From positions 177,320,001 through 177,384,000 of the forward strand of contig OZ024742.1 in assembly GCA_964016885.1 (NCBI GenBank): 64,000 nt of DNA, given 5' to 3'. This document shows positions 40,827 through 55,000 of this stretch, piece by piece. The notes beneath the pieces were generated by a model. It searched no databases. It saw only the letters and a program-made list of their open reading frames with translations, and was not told the origin of the DNA. Position 1 is the stretch's first letter; the number at the start of each line of letters is the position of its first letter. This DNA comes from Eledone cirrhosa (Eukaryota). The translations under genes were made by a program, and so were the position numbers.

Positions 40827-43803
40827 AGGTACCGATTGGATTTCCCGAATGTGTCAATGTGAACTTGGACAAATCGAATAGGGTCATCCAGATCATATCT
40901 AGATAGAGTATTTTGTAGGGAAATAGATAGGTCTAGCATAGGTTGTCCACAATTCAAGATAGTCAGCTAAACGGACCACAAATTCTTGATCTGTATGCTT
41001 CACATAGATAGGCTTAATAGACGAGGACCCGGCTACTTGAAGCTAAACGCGTCCTTACCAGCGCGCAAGGCCTACAGAGACCGGATTAGCGAACTAGTTA
41101 AGCGGGCGTTGTCGGGGCCATCGTCAACAACAAGTGGTGGTTTTCTCTGAAAAGAGCGATTGAATAGAGTCCATTAGGTTTAGTAAGGCTTTATAAATAG
41201 AGAAAAATAGAGCAGAGGGAGAACTAGTTAGAAAATTAGACGAGGCGCTTAGCAAAGGCATCGTGACCGACGTACTTGCGGCGAAATTGGGCCTTGACCA
41301 ATTCTTCAATGCAAAGCTCGAAGGCTACGTTGTCAGAGCTAGGGTGCGTGCTCTCAGAGACGAGGGGACGAAAACCGTTCAATGGGCTCGAATGGCGGAG
41401 GCGCGTCGTGGCAACAAAGCCAGGATCCGGTCTTTAGTGGACCACGACGGGCGCATGCTACTCGTTCCCGGGCAATGGGTGAAGCTTTTCAGCGCCCTTC
41501 GCACAGCTATTCGAGTGCAGCGGCGGGACGGATCGAGGGATGAACTTTAGTGTCTACCTCGACGGACTGCCGCGGCTCTCGGCCACTGAGGCTGAGTGTT
41601 GCAAAAAGCCGATAACAACCGCTGAAGTACGTGACGGAATGACTGGCTGCACAAGGCGTAAATCGCCTGGTTTGGATGGTCTGCCCTATGAACTTTACGT
41701 ACAGATGCCAGACTTGTTATGAGGCCTCTTGGCGGACGTGTACTGCAACTGGTAACAGAACGGGAGAATTCACAGCTCTGTGAGCTGGAGAGCAGTGGCG
41801 CTGCTGAGAAAGGATCCGAAAAAGGGGGATAACATAGATAATTTTAGGCCCATAACTCTGCTAAACACAGAGTTCAAGATTTTGGCCAAGGTGTTAGCAA
41901 AGAGGTTGGCGCTTGTCATTGGTGGTCTGGTGGGAGAGGCGCAGACAAGCGCCATTCCCGACAGATCCATCCACGATAACCTCCACCTCATGCGATACAT
42001 CGTAGAGAGGGTAGCTAGGGAACCTGGCACGGGTGGGTCCTTGATCAATTTAGATCAGTCGAAAGCTTTCTATAGGGTCGACTATCGTTACCTAGCGGCA
42101 GTCCTGAGGGCGGCTGACTTTGGGCCCGTCTTCAGAGGCTGGATATCTGCCATGCACAGCGTCATCTGCTCTGTGGTGAGAGTGAACGGTCACCTTTCGG
42201 AACCGTTCAACATCATGTACTCTGCGGCCAAGGATGTCCCCTCTCGTCCCTCTTGTACGTATTGACTCTCGAGCCATTACTGCACAAACTTGAGACGTTG
42301 AGGGGGGGTCCCGCGCGAACTAGGATGCGGAAGATCCGTGTCAGCATATGCGGACGATGTCACCGTAGTGGTGTCGAACGCCAAACACATCGAGGCGATC
42401 GGCACTACACTAAGAGAATACGAAGCGGTAACAGGAGCTATGATCAACCAGGAAAAGTCAGTAGGCCTGCAGCTCGGCACCTGGAGAGGCAGGTCCATGC
42501 CGTCCAACAGCGTCATCGGGCGCTGGACGGACACACCGGTTAAATTGCTAGTGGTCTGGTTAGGTCCGGACCTCCAGACGGACAAAAACTGGGACGAGAT
42601 GACTAGCAGGGTGGCTTCTCTCACCCAGAAATGGGCGGAGAGAAAGCTATCCCTGAAAGGTCGAGCGGAGGTGGCTAACGCGTACATCGCGTCCGTCATC
42701 TACTACCGCTTGACTGTGTCCTAAACCCCGCCTGACCGCGCTCCAATGGTCAGGCGGTCCATCTGCTGTCAACACCCGCTACGTGGAGGGCTGGGCATGC
42801 CGTGGCTGATGATGCGCAGCCACCTGCTCAGGCTACGACATCTCCACCTCTTCCTCGACGGTGATCAGATGTGGTCGCCGTTTGCTAGACGTGTCTTTCC
42901 CCAGCTCGTCTCCTTGACGGAGCTACAGTCCTGGGTCAAGCAAAGACCGAGAGGGAGCGCTTGGAGACTGGAATGTCTTCAGGCGCTCACAACCGTCGAC
43001 CAATCGGGCAATGTTATCGGTGGAAACTCCACCTTGGTGTTCTATAGAGGATTAGTGGAAGAGCGACGACGTACTTGGGGAAACTCTAGGCGTCGACGAA
43101 AATCAACTAGCCAATCTCTTCGGAAGAACTTTCGGGCTGGGGCCTATGGACAACTTCAAGAAATCCCTGGCCTGGCAGTGCTACCGAGGAGCTTTGCCAG
43201 TTCGGTATAACCTCTACAGGCATAGAGGTGCCGTCAACCGGGCATGTCCGAGATGTGCGCAGGGCGACGAAACCGTCCTGCACGCACTCGTCCAGTGTCC
43301 GAGCATTGCTGACTTGTGGGTTTATGTCGAACACCTGCTGTCACGTATAGGATGGATCCAGCTATCAGCTGAGTCCATCGTGAGGATTTCCCCGTCCTCT
43401 TCCTTTAGCCGGGAAGGGTAGACAGTTTTTATCTGTCTGGTGGCCATGGCGAAATAGATATTATGGGTAGAAAGGGAAGTGCTCTCTTCCCAGCATTTTG
43501 TTGGAAGATGGGTGAGAGAGGCAATAATGGCTCTGAGTATGTGTCTGTAAATTAAAGGTGGAAAACTTGAAGAGGGCACTTGCCCTGGTGGTCAGGGTCA
43601 CTGTGGCTTTTTAATGGGCTTTCTACACGAATGTCCCTCGGAAGTCTCCTCCCTATTGGGGAATTTTTTCATTGTTATATTATTACATCCTCTGTTTTTT
43701 TGTTTTTTTTACACGCAGAAATGCCCTTTTGTACCGTCTTGTATTGTTCTGTACTGTCATTAATGTCTATTTTGTGTAAACCCTTGTGATTAATAAAGAA
43801 AGC
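40827..43803 (+). mobile_element. 5'-truncated Tx1-clade LINE, copy 2 (same ORF2 family)
   Basis: Starts mid-APE (matches 37655 onward), YADD at ~42346, internal deletions near 42745 and 43465, same 3'UTR and ATT tail. Confidence 0.92.
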
Positions 43804-43961
43804 ATTATTATATATATATATATATTGATTACGTACCTGGAGGGAAATATTTTTCACCCGATAACACATCTTTAATGTATTCAACTTGCATCCTAGTTAT
43901 CATGTTCTTGTATATTATATCACACACACACACACACACTAACGCGCACACTCACACACTA

Positions 43962-44011
<50 letters not shown>

Positions 44012-44059
44012 ATAATAATAAATCTGTCATTTTAATAAAAATATATATATGTAGGGGGG

Positions 44060-44350
44060 GGGGGGCAACTGGTATATTCGTTAGAATGTCGGACAAGATG
44101 CTTTCAGGTATTCTTTTTGCGGCCTGCGCTCTGAGTTCAAATATCGCCGATGTCAAATGTGTCTTTTTCATCATTTCGTAGTGGATACAAAAGCATCAGA
44201 CTATAGCTCTAGTAATGGGATAGGTTATACCTCTATATTTCTTTCTCATTTCGTCACAGCCATACTCTATCTTTCTCTTAGAGAAATCGGCTGTGTTCAT
44301 ATCTACCCCTCAAATAGGTGGCCTTGTGCCAATGTTAGAAAGAATTATTT
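44060..44350 (+). mobile_element. Diverged tRNA-derived SINE
   Basis: CTGAGTTCAAAT B-box and GGCCTTGTGCCAA...AGAAAGAATTATT end. Confidence 0.6.
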
Positions 44351-45139
44351 AGTTGAATGTTAGCTTTTTTTACAACACTTCGTATACCTCTTGATTATGT
44401 TGATAATTGAAGCATAAATGCAATAAATATTCTTAGACATATGGCCACAAAATATTTTAGTGGTGAATGGGATTTGGATGTGACCTAGTAGCTCTTCTTA
44501 CCAGCTTGAGGCTCCCTCTGATTAATAAATAAATAAAGAAAAGCTGGTGTTGTTGTAGAGTTGTTCTTTAACTACACCTATGTAATTTGTTTTTATCATC
44601 GGCTGTCAGAACATTCAAGAAATATATTTAATTAGCTGGTAGTACGACTGTTCAAAATTACAAGAGTATTTAATTGTTGTCTTTCATATGTTTCCAATAT
44701 AAATATCATTTCACACTGACAGCTATAAGCCACATCATGATATCATATCTCTATTATTAGTATTGTTATTGTTGTTGTTGTTATTATTAACATTGTTCTC
44801 ATAATTATTGTTGTAATTGTTTTTTTTTTCTTTTCCTTCAGTTTTAATTCCATTTCTTGCCGAGTGGTTTCCCGTCACCTAGTGCAGAGTAACATAGTGC
44901 ATACCACAACATAAACACAACAGATTAGCACTTTACACAGTTACAAGTACATGTATCATTTGCTTTGTACATATGAACATGTTTAAAATCCTATTTACAA
45001 CATATATTCAATCATATAAGAGTGCTCAAGTATTTACAACTTATATAATTATGGAATGTAATCTAATAATGTTCAGTAAAAAAAGTACTTAGATGATTAT
45101 CTTTCTCACAGTGATAGTGCTCTTCTCAATACGTGTGCT

Positions 45140-46630
45140 CTGCCAGTTAAAACAATTTTCCAAGGTGACTCTCTTCCGCCTCAAATATTTCGCATAGGAC
45201 TAATACCCCTTTCAATTGCACTTAACAGAACAAGTTATGGATATAAAATTGACAACAGGAAATCAAGCCATGTATTTTAAATAGATGACCTAAATCTATA
45301 TCATACAGACAATAATGAGCTTGAAAGCCTTTTACCTACTGTGAAAACATTTAATGATGATATCGGGATGGAGTTTAGGCTTGATAAGTATAACAAAGCT
45401 ACTTTCAAGCAAGGGATGTTGATAAATGCAAATTCATTAATACTGGATATTGGAACAGTTATAAAAGGACCTCAACAGGAACATACATAGGCATAAATGA
45501 AGGTTCAAGTATTCAGCATGCAAGCAGTAAGGAGACGATAAGGAAAAGAACGTTATAGGAGAGTATGCGCAGCCTTGAAAGCTGAGCTAAATTCACATAA
45601 CGAGGTGTTAGTCGTAAAACCCTTAGCACTTCAAGATGATAGATTTCACTTCAATGTGTTAAACTGTAAATCAGTAAACTAAAGAGAATTGTCACACAAA
45701 TTTGTAAGTTGCTGAATTGTAATGCGATGCATCACAGAACGACTACTGTGGATAGTCTTTACCTTTCCAGAACTCAAGGAGGCTGAGGCAAGACCCAGTT
45801 TGAACTATCTAACACAACGACCTTAATTAGACTGGCCAATTGGAGCACCAAACAACTGGATTCTGAAACTTGTTGAAAAACATGAGGAATAAAAATCTCC
45901 ATTCCATCTTGTAAGAGAGTCAATAATTTGCTACTGATATAATGACTAATATCCAGGCTGGTGAAACCGAAGGAACTGGGCAACTGTTGTCACAAAACAA
46001 GTAAAATTAATGGCTAAGAAAAAAAGGGCGTGAACAATGAACATCGAGGTTAGAGCAGAATCCTCTGTATGGCAATTATGTGGTCTGTAGCAAACAAGTT
46101 CAGGATGACCATAAGCACTCTCTTCAGTGGCTACGGAGCTCAGAACTAAAGGTAAATGTGAAGGCTTCATTGTAGTTATCAAAGATTAATTCGTAACTAT
46201 CAAGACAGTGTGCTCAGAAACAGAGGAGATCCAAAGCGTCGAATCTGCAAGATGCGATTGAAAGAGTGGACCACTTAAACTCTGCATGTACATGATTAGC
46301 TCCAGATAGAGTTGGCCAATATCTTCATTGGTTAATATGTTACATTATAAAATCAAAACTGCTGACAAATGGTTTAATTTCCTGTACATACAAACAGAAC
46401 CCTCAACGTTAAATGACGAGTTATTGTAAAAGACCAAAATAATAAAGAATGTTTATTGGTTGATATGAATATTACATATAATCTCAATATTGCGGCAAAA
46501 GATTTTGACAATATATAAAAATATAAAGACTTGCAGACTCAAATTGAAAAAATGTGGCATCGCAAAGTGGTCACATTACCAGTGGTAGTAGGAGCATTAG
46601 GAATGATAAAAAAAAGAAACAGAAAATTAT
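45140..46630 (+). mobile_element. Old degenerate R4/Dong-type RLE LINE
   Basis: IFQGDSLPP..GLIPLS, IDDLNLY, FNDDIGMEFRLDK and YKDLQTQIEKMWH..LPVVVGALGMI are colinear with the 32.6-34.9 kb element. Confidence 0.8.
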
Positions 46631-46660
46631 TAGTAGTGTTGTTATTATTTGTGTTATTAT

Positions 46661-49600
46661 GTGTGAAGACAGTACAAATCTGAGGGGAAAAGGTTCGTAA
46701 CTTTAAGCTGTTTTAAAGTATCATTTTTTGTATTTTCTTGTCGTTAACAAAACATAATGTGCACATCTTGGTTTCAAGAAAGGGATACCTCTCAATATTC
46801 GGGCTTTAAGCCCGAATATTCAGATTTATTTTAAAAAACTTCGAAAAAAATCGCTTCCCCACCAAAAAAAAAATATGGAAATGTTCGACCTTGAAACGGT
46901 AAACAACGTGCAGGTCAAAAGTTTAAAAGCAGAGACTGTAGATTTCACCACAACTACGACTGCTACAGACATGCCTATCGTCCACACTACTGAATGTGAA
47001 GGCAAAACTCAAAAGCGACCATCACGACCTTCTATCTTAGCAGCAGTATCATCTGAAAACGACATCACCATCACACCGCCGTCACCGCCACCACCACCAC
47101 CACCACCACAACAACAACTCAGAGCAATAACGACAATAACACCAACAGCTTCAATGTAAACACGGATAGCGGTAGCAACAGCAACAACAAACAAAACAAT
47201 AACAACAACACCAATAACAACAGCAAGAATGACAACACCAACAACAAGAGCATCAGAAGCACCACATTTGCGCTTATTGGATATTGATATTAGCGATAAA
47301 GAAGAACAGTTGCCCCAGGCGTGGAGGCTAATTAAACGGGAGAAGTCCTGGGCAAACCTGACCATCAGGGACGGGGCAATAGCGGCCATGCAAAGGAGGA
47401 CGGTGTACTTTCGATGCATTTCGGTGCAGACACGAAAAGTGGAACTTGCCAGCCAAGAAGAGGTTGAGGCTGCTTTGGAGTGCATCGGAAGTAACATAGA
47501 GTATAAAGCAAGAGGCAAACAGTTCATTACCATCTCGGTACTGTTCAAAATCGAGGCCCTCGCTATTAAGCACTCGGTGACCCCCTTCAGAACGGAACGC
47601 ATTATCGTGCATCCGTCTTACATGGCTAAAAGGACAGTAAAGGTCCGCATTCCCAGCATCCCACCAGGAATGAACATATTATGGCTGCTGGGATGCGCAA
47701 TCGAAGAGGGGACAGACACTACCCTCCTGGATATCAAAAGAACAGAGAGAGAGGACTGGTCCGGAAAGGATTTGGAGATTCTACTCCAAATGAAACCGGG
47801 GGACATGAACAACATCCCGGATTTTGTCCGCCTGCAGGACGAGACAACAATCCAACTAATCACTGAGGGAAGAAGGCCACGCTGCTTCGTCTGCGGGGAA
47901 GCAACGCAACTCCAAGCCTTCTGCCCCAGCGCAAAAATGCAAGGGTGTCGCAAACCTCCTTTGTTGCCAACATCATTGTTAGCACGGAAAGCTGCACCAC
48001 CACCACCACCACGAAAAGCAACACCAACAAAGACACGGACACCAACATCAAAAACAGCCGGATCAACATCAAAAACAGCCGGATCAACACCAAAACCAAT
48101 CCAAGGGGAAAACGAGGAAAGCTTTCCCACTCCCCTAACACCACCCCAATTATACACATAGAGAAAACAATAAACACACACACAGACACAGAGACACTCA
48201 CAGCCACAGACCCTTTGTCTTCCAGCAGCGAATATGAAGGAAAACCCAAAAGTGGAAAAAAACAGAGAAAACTCACAAATTAAAAGCCCCAACAAAACAC
48301 AAAAACATACACACCAAAAAATACATACACCACTAACGCAAACACTTCCACAATAACATCAGCACCAACAGCAACATCGACACAATCCCCACAATCCCCG
48401 AAACGCAAACAACGTAAACAAACACAAGTACAAATAAACACACAAATACCTGAAATTGCAGACACCACACCTACAACAATCACAGACATACCCGAAACAA
48501 CACCACCAAAACCATCACCACCACAATCACCAAAATGAAAAAAAATAAAACCACACCAACAAAATGTTAAAAACTTCGTGCTTGTCAGAAGGGCCAACGA
48601 TAAACTGATGGCCCTCTTAGCACGAAGCGAAGACATTCAAATAGAGGGGGAGATTTTTGAAATGAGCACATTTTGCGTGCCAGAAGATTTGCTTCTGGTC
48701 CGAATGTCACTCAATTCCTTCAAAGAAATTCGAGAGAGCTTTCCTCAAGACGTGGGAACCCCGAATATGAAACCCACATCGAGACTTTTAAAGAGGTTCC
48801 CAAAAGAAACCCCACCAACCATGAACGTCAAACCACCCGCCCTTCAAAAGACCCCGAGAGGTAAGTAAACCTTCCCTCTCTCTCTTAGCTTGCCAACATG
48901 GCCATATTAAGAGTAGGAAGTTTAAATGTTCGCGGCCTGGGGTCATTTTTGAAACAGGGTCGCCTGCTCAACGACCTCAGGTCGCTGGAAATGGATGTGA
49001 TTGCCGTCAGCGATACCAGAATTTCCGACACGCGCGCACTAGCCCCCATTTTCGACGACTATCAGGTCTTCGCATCTGGTAGCAGGCCAGGAATAAGGGG
49101 TGGGATGTCAGTGCTGTTTAGGAAATGACTGGATCTCGAGGTAAGGTCGATCTTCCGGGACCCGGATGGTAAGTTGGTGGTCTTGGATGTGAGCAGTAGC
49201 GAAGGTGGTGCCTTTAGACTGCTGGCCGTCTTCGCCCCTACAGGGGCCGGACGACCGGACTTCTTTAGGCGCCTGGAGACCTTTCTGGGTACGTCTCGCC
49301 CTTTACTGCTAGCGGGGAACTGGAATGGCATCTTAGACGCGCGCTGGGATTGTGTGAGAGTAGCCGATAGGAGCGGGGGGTGCAAAAGCCTCAAGCACCT
49401 ACTCAGCCAGTTCCAACTGTCTGACAGGTATCGACAAGATTTTCCCAATGTGCCAGTAAGGACATGGACCAACCGAATGGGGTCATCTAGATCGTATATA
49501 GATAGGATCTTCATTAGGAAAATATATATAAATAGTGTAGGCTGCCCACTTTTTAAAATGGTCGCCTATTCAGATCACAAGTTCGTGATCTGTACGGTCG

Positions 49601-51803
49601 ACCTAGATAAAACGCGTAGGTTAGGACCGGGTTGCTGGAACCTGAACATGTCATTTCCGGTACGTAAGGCTTACAGGGACCGAGTCAACAATTTAGTTAA
49701 GCAAAAGTTGACAGGGTGGATCATCAGCAACAGATGGTGGGGGACTCACAAAAGAGGCATTAGAGTAACTTCGATAGAGTTCAGCAAAGAACTAGCGTTA
49801 GAGAAAAATAGAAAGGAGAGGAAGCTGGTAGATAAATTAGACGAGGCTATTTGTAATGGCATTGCAACTGACGTGCTAGCGGCGAGAATGGCATTAGACC
49901 ATTTCTTCAATGCGAGACACGAAAGTTGCATTGTCAGAGCTAAGGCACGTGCGCTGAGAAACGAGGGAACCAAAGCTGTTCGATGGGCCCATGCGGAGGC
50001 GCAGCGTGCTAATAAAACCACAATTCGGTCTTTGGCGGACCGAGTCGGACACGAGATAAGCGATTCCAAGCGGATGTGTGACGCTTTCGCCAGCACTTTG
50101 CTCGGTTGTTCGGGGAGTGTGGCGAGTCAGAGAGAGTAGCGGATTTCAATCCCTACCTTGATACCTTGCCGCCCATCTCGACGGTCGACGCTAAGCGATT
50201 ACTACAGCCGAAATTCTGTACGCCCTTGTCGGCTGCATGAGGCAAGTCACCCGGTTTGGATGGCCTGCCCTACGAGCTTTACGTAAATATGCCAGACCTG
50301 TTCTCCGATCTCCTCGAGGCACTCTACTGCAACTGGCAGCAGAATGGAAGAAATCCCAGTTCTGTGAGCAGGGGATTGGTGACGCTGAAAAGGAAAGACG
50401 AGAACAAGAGGGATACATTAGATAACTTCAGGCCAATTACTCTGCTCAACACAGAGTTTAAGGTTTTGGCCAGGTGTTAGCAAAGAGATTGGCGCTTGTC
50501 GTCCAGGATTTGGTTGGGGAGGCGCAAACTTGCGCAATCCCAACCAGGTCCATACACGACAATCTCTACCTCATGCGATACATCATAGAAAGGGTAGGTG
50601 TAAACCTGACTTCGGTGGGGCTCTGATCAATTTAGATCAATCGAATGCATTCGATAGCGTCGTCCATCGATACCTGAAGTCTGTCCTCAAGGCGGATGGC
50701 TTCGGCACCGTCTTCAGAAGCCGGATCGTTACGATGCACAGCGGCATCTGCTCGGAGGTCAAAGTTAATGGCCAGCTCTCGGAGCCATTTCAGATCTCCC
50801 GATCGGTCCGTCAAGAGTGCCCTCTCTCCTCCCTTCTGTACGTATTGACTATCGAGCCTTTACTACGGAAGCTGGAGCTGTTGCAGGGCATTCCGCTCCA
50901 ACCGGGACGCGGAAAAGCTGTGTCGGCTTATGCGACGACATCACCGTGATGGTGTCGGACACCTCATAAATCGAGGTGGTTCTCAACTTATTGGAGGAAT
51001 ATGAAAGGTTGACGGGAGCATACTTAACCGGAAAAAATCGGTGGGCTTGCAACTAGGCACCTGGAGAGAACAGTCCATGCCGTCCAAGAGCGTCGTTGGG
51101 CGCTGGGCGGACGAACCGGTAAAGTTGCTCGGGGTTTGGTTCGGGCCAGACCTCCAGGTGGATAAGAATTGGGACGAGGTGACGGGCATAGTGGCCAGTC
51201 TCACTCAGAAAAGGGATCTGAGGAAGCTATCACTGAAAGGTCGGGCGTAGGTGTCGAACGCGTACATGGCGTCCGTCAACTTCTACCGCCTGACTGTCGT
51301 CCCTTGCCCCGTTCGCATCTCGCCAACTTGGAACGGCACCTCTTCAAATTCTTGTGGCGGGGTCAGGTTCCGTTGGTGAGGCGGTTCATATGCTGCCAGC
51401 ACCCTCTACGTGGAGGTCTGGGCATGCCGTGGCTAATGATTTGCAGACACACGCTGAGGCTGCAGCAGCTCCAGATATTCTGCCTAAACGGTGAACAGGT
51501 GTGGTCGCCGTTTGTCAGACGGGCCTTTCCGCAGCTCGTCTCTTTGACTGAGCTGCAGTGCTGGGTCAAGAAAAGATCGAGACTGAGTGACTGGCCTCTG
51601 GAATGTTTCCAGGAACTCACTGCCCTCTACCAGGCGGGCAATGCGGTTAGTGGAACTTTCACTCTCGATTTCTATAGAGGATTAGTGGTGGGAGAGTGCG
51701 ACGAAGCACACGGAGACGCTCTGGGCGTCGACGACGTCGAACTAACCAGTCTGTTCCGGAGGACTTTCGAGCTGGGGACGATGGATAATTTCTAAAAATC
51801 CCT
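46661..51803 (+). mobile_element. Tx1-clade LINE, copy 3 (divergent family), 3' end missing
   Basis: ORF1 pieces 46875-48868 (CFVCGEATQLQAFC), ORF2 from 48898 (GSLNVRG, YSDH, FRPITLLN, RQECPLS). Stops at MDNF where a SINE begins. Confidence 0.9.
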
Positions 51804-52013
51804 AAGGCGGTGGATTGGCAGTATCGGAAGAGCATCGGACGCTATGCTTTCCAGGATAGTTACGTCCCTTAACGATCTGAGTTCAAATCCCGCCGAGGTT
51901 GACTTTGCCTTTCATCCTTAGGGGGTCGATAAAATAAGGTACCAGTAATGCACTGGGTAATTGCTGGCCTTGTGCCAAAAGTAGAAACAATTATTATTAT
52001 TATTATTATTATT
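51804..52013 (+). mobile_element. tRNA-derived SINE with (ATT)n tail
   Basis: TGGCAGTATCGG A-box-like, GAGTTCAAATCCC B-box; same subfamily as 15431. Confidence 0.88.
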
Positions 52014-55000
52014 GAATGCTATGGTTGACGGAGGCTCGGCTCTGTAAGGTATTGTAAATGTTGACCGCTATAACAATTGTAAATTGTTTAAAACTTTAAC
52101 CAAATTGTAGACAAAAACACCCTCCTCCTCGTGAGAGGGGTCTTTCTGCCCGTTATTTGGCCCTTCGGGGTTAAATAACCGCTTATTGGGGTTTTGTGCC
52201 CAATATTTATTTTAAACAAAAAAAAAACATGGCTACGAAAAAGAATTTTCATAGGTCACTCCCACTCATTCCGTCTTCTTCTTCCTCAATCGTCACTACA
52301 GCAGAGAGAAGATTGTCTCTCTCCCTCCCTTCTCTAAATGTGTCTCTCTCGCTCCCTTCTCTTTCGCAAGCGACGCCAGTAAAGAAAAATCACGTACAAA
52401 GCGTGCAACATTTCTCCACGACGACGACGACAACAACGAAAAAGGTGTGCGGGAAATACGAAAACCCATTTCATTCGTCTGACGTCATGAATAATAGCAG
52501 TAGCAGCCGTAATAACAGCAGCAACAGCACCAACACTGACAAGGAAAACAACAGTAGCAGCCGCAACAGCATCAGCAGCAGCATAAACAACAACAGCATT
52601 AGCAGCAACATCAACAACAACAGCAGCAGCAGCAGCAACAACAACAACCACAGCAACAGCGGCGGCGGCAGTAGTCGTAGTACATGCAGCAACAACAAAA
52701 GTAACAGCAGCACTGACGATAAAAACAACAACAACAACAGCAGCAAAGAAAAAGCAATCTCGTTTGCAGGTATCGCAAAGAACCTGGAAACCATCCTCAT
52801 AACAAATGAGGAATTACAGGAAGCGAAGAACATGGTGACGAAAACCGGACACCGACCAATCTGCAAGGAAGCCGAAAAGTGTTTCGCAACCCAACAGCAC
52901 TGTACGGTCACGTACCGTACAGTAAGCACAAAATCCCGTAGGGTTGAAAGAGCCACAGAGGCTCAAATACAAAAAGCCTTAGGGTCTGTGTGGCAGCGAA
53001 AAACGCATATCACCCGAGGCAAGAAATATGCCACCGTAGACGTGCTTTTTGCCACACCCCAGGAGGCAAAGGCTCAATCCTTAGTGGCCCTAAGGAGTGA
53101 GGAAATGGTGTTGGTCCCCTCCTACTGCGGGCAAAAAATTGTGAGGGTCAAACTGACCCACGTCTCACCCGGGATGGCCCCTTCTTGGCTGGCTACGTCT
53201 GTCCTCGTCGGAATCGAGGACAAAACAACTGTACTGCAAGTACAGAAAAAAGTAAGAGAAGATTGGGTCGGCACCTCCATTGAGATGTTAATCAAAACCA
53301 ACCAGGAGTGCATCGAAGCTATCCCGGATGTGATAGACTTCGATAACGGCAATCAACTGCCCATAAGTGTTGAGGGCAAACGCCCGAAATGCTTTCGCTG
53401 TGGATCGAAGACTCACCTCAGGGCCTTCTGCAACGGGAAGACACTGAGAAAGGAGAAACCCCCCTCCTTCCGAAACCGGCTCCACGGCTACCAGCAACAG
53501 GACAAGCGGCAACCAGGAACGATAGGTCCGTGGCACCCATACCCACGCCACGGAAATCAAGAACAGCAGCAGCAGTGGAAGTATTAACAACAGCAACAGT
53601 AATACCAAATGCAGCTGCAACAGAAACTCCACTGCAAACATCACCAACAACAACAAGTGAAAGAGTGGGCTCGTACCCCTCACTGACCTCACAGAATCAG
53701 ACATGGGGTGTGACGTGAGAGAGGGATGGCAAAATGTCGTAAGAAGGCACAAACGCAGAAGCAGCGCAGGGAGGAAAGAAATGAAAAAGCGTAAAGGCTA
53801 CTGCAAAGGGACTCACAGCAGCAACACCACCAACATCATCACCACCGACACTAGCACCACCATCACCACCGGCGACAACCCCACCGCGAACAGCAACAAC
53901 ACCTTCAACACCACCACCATAAGCACCAACATCGCAAACACAACAACAAAACACACACACCCAGCAACAACGACAAGAAAATAGAAGAACCACACTCGAC
54001 CCCCAGACAAACAAATGCACGGCGATAAATACACACAACAAGAAACTAATGACTTACATAATTGAACACACAGACATTTCACAGTACGACTACATAATAC
54101 CAGCACCAATCAAAACGCCATCGAACATAAGACTGGTAAAAATAGCACAGAAACAATACACACACATTAAAAAGAAATTCCCCAACGCAGTTGGTGATTT
54201 CAGAGACCTAGGAGGGACTCTCCACCGGAGAGTATATTCGGACATACTCATAGAAGAGTCGACGACCAGCCGAAGGGACGATTCAACGGTCCCTCCACCA
54301 GACGATCAAGTGAAAAGGGATGGAGAAACCATCCTTCCTCTACGAAAAGAACGGTAAGTGGTCATTCCCATCTTTTCCACTCCATTTTAAACATGACCTC
54401 ACTCAGAATAGGCAGCATAAATGCGCGTGGCTTGCGGTCGTCATGGAAGCAGGGTCACCTGCTCAACGACCTCAGGTCACTAAACATAGATGTAGTGGCC
54501 ATCAGCGACACTAGAATCTCCGAAGCACGGGCCTTCGCACCGATCTTCGGCGGCTACGATGTGTACGCATCTCCCCGCCGTCCAGGATCGGGAGGAGGTG
54601 TTGCTGTGCTTTTTCGGAGAGGTTTGGATCTTGCCATACCGGCCATCTTCCTGGACCAAGAGGGTAAGTTGGTGGTGCTGGACGTGACCAGCAGAGACGG
54701 GCAAGCTTTCAGGCTAGTGGCCGTCTATGCTACGACAGGAGCAGGGCGGCCTGATTTCTTCCGGCGTCTGGAGACCTTTCTTGGAACGTCCCGCTCTTTA
54801 GTGTTAGTGGGCGACTGGAACGGGATCTTAGATGCACGCTGGGACTGTGTGGGATTAGCGGATAGGGGTGGAGGGTGCAAGAGCCTCACCAACCTGCTCA
54901 GGCATTTTCAACTGTCTGAGAGGTACCGGTTTGATTTCCCGAATGTGCCAATGTGGACTTGGACAAATCGCATAGGGTCATCCAGATCATATCTAGATAG

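Noticed and set aside
51804-51895. tRNA gene
   Set aside because: A/B boxes are present, but there is no cloverleaf and it continues into a SINE body and ATT tail.
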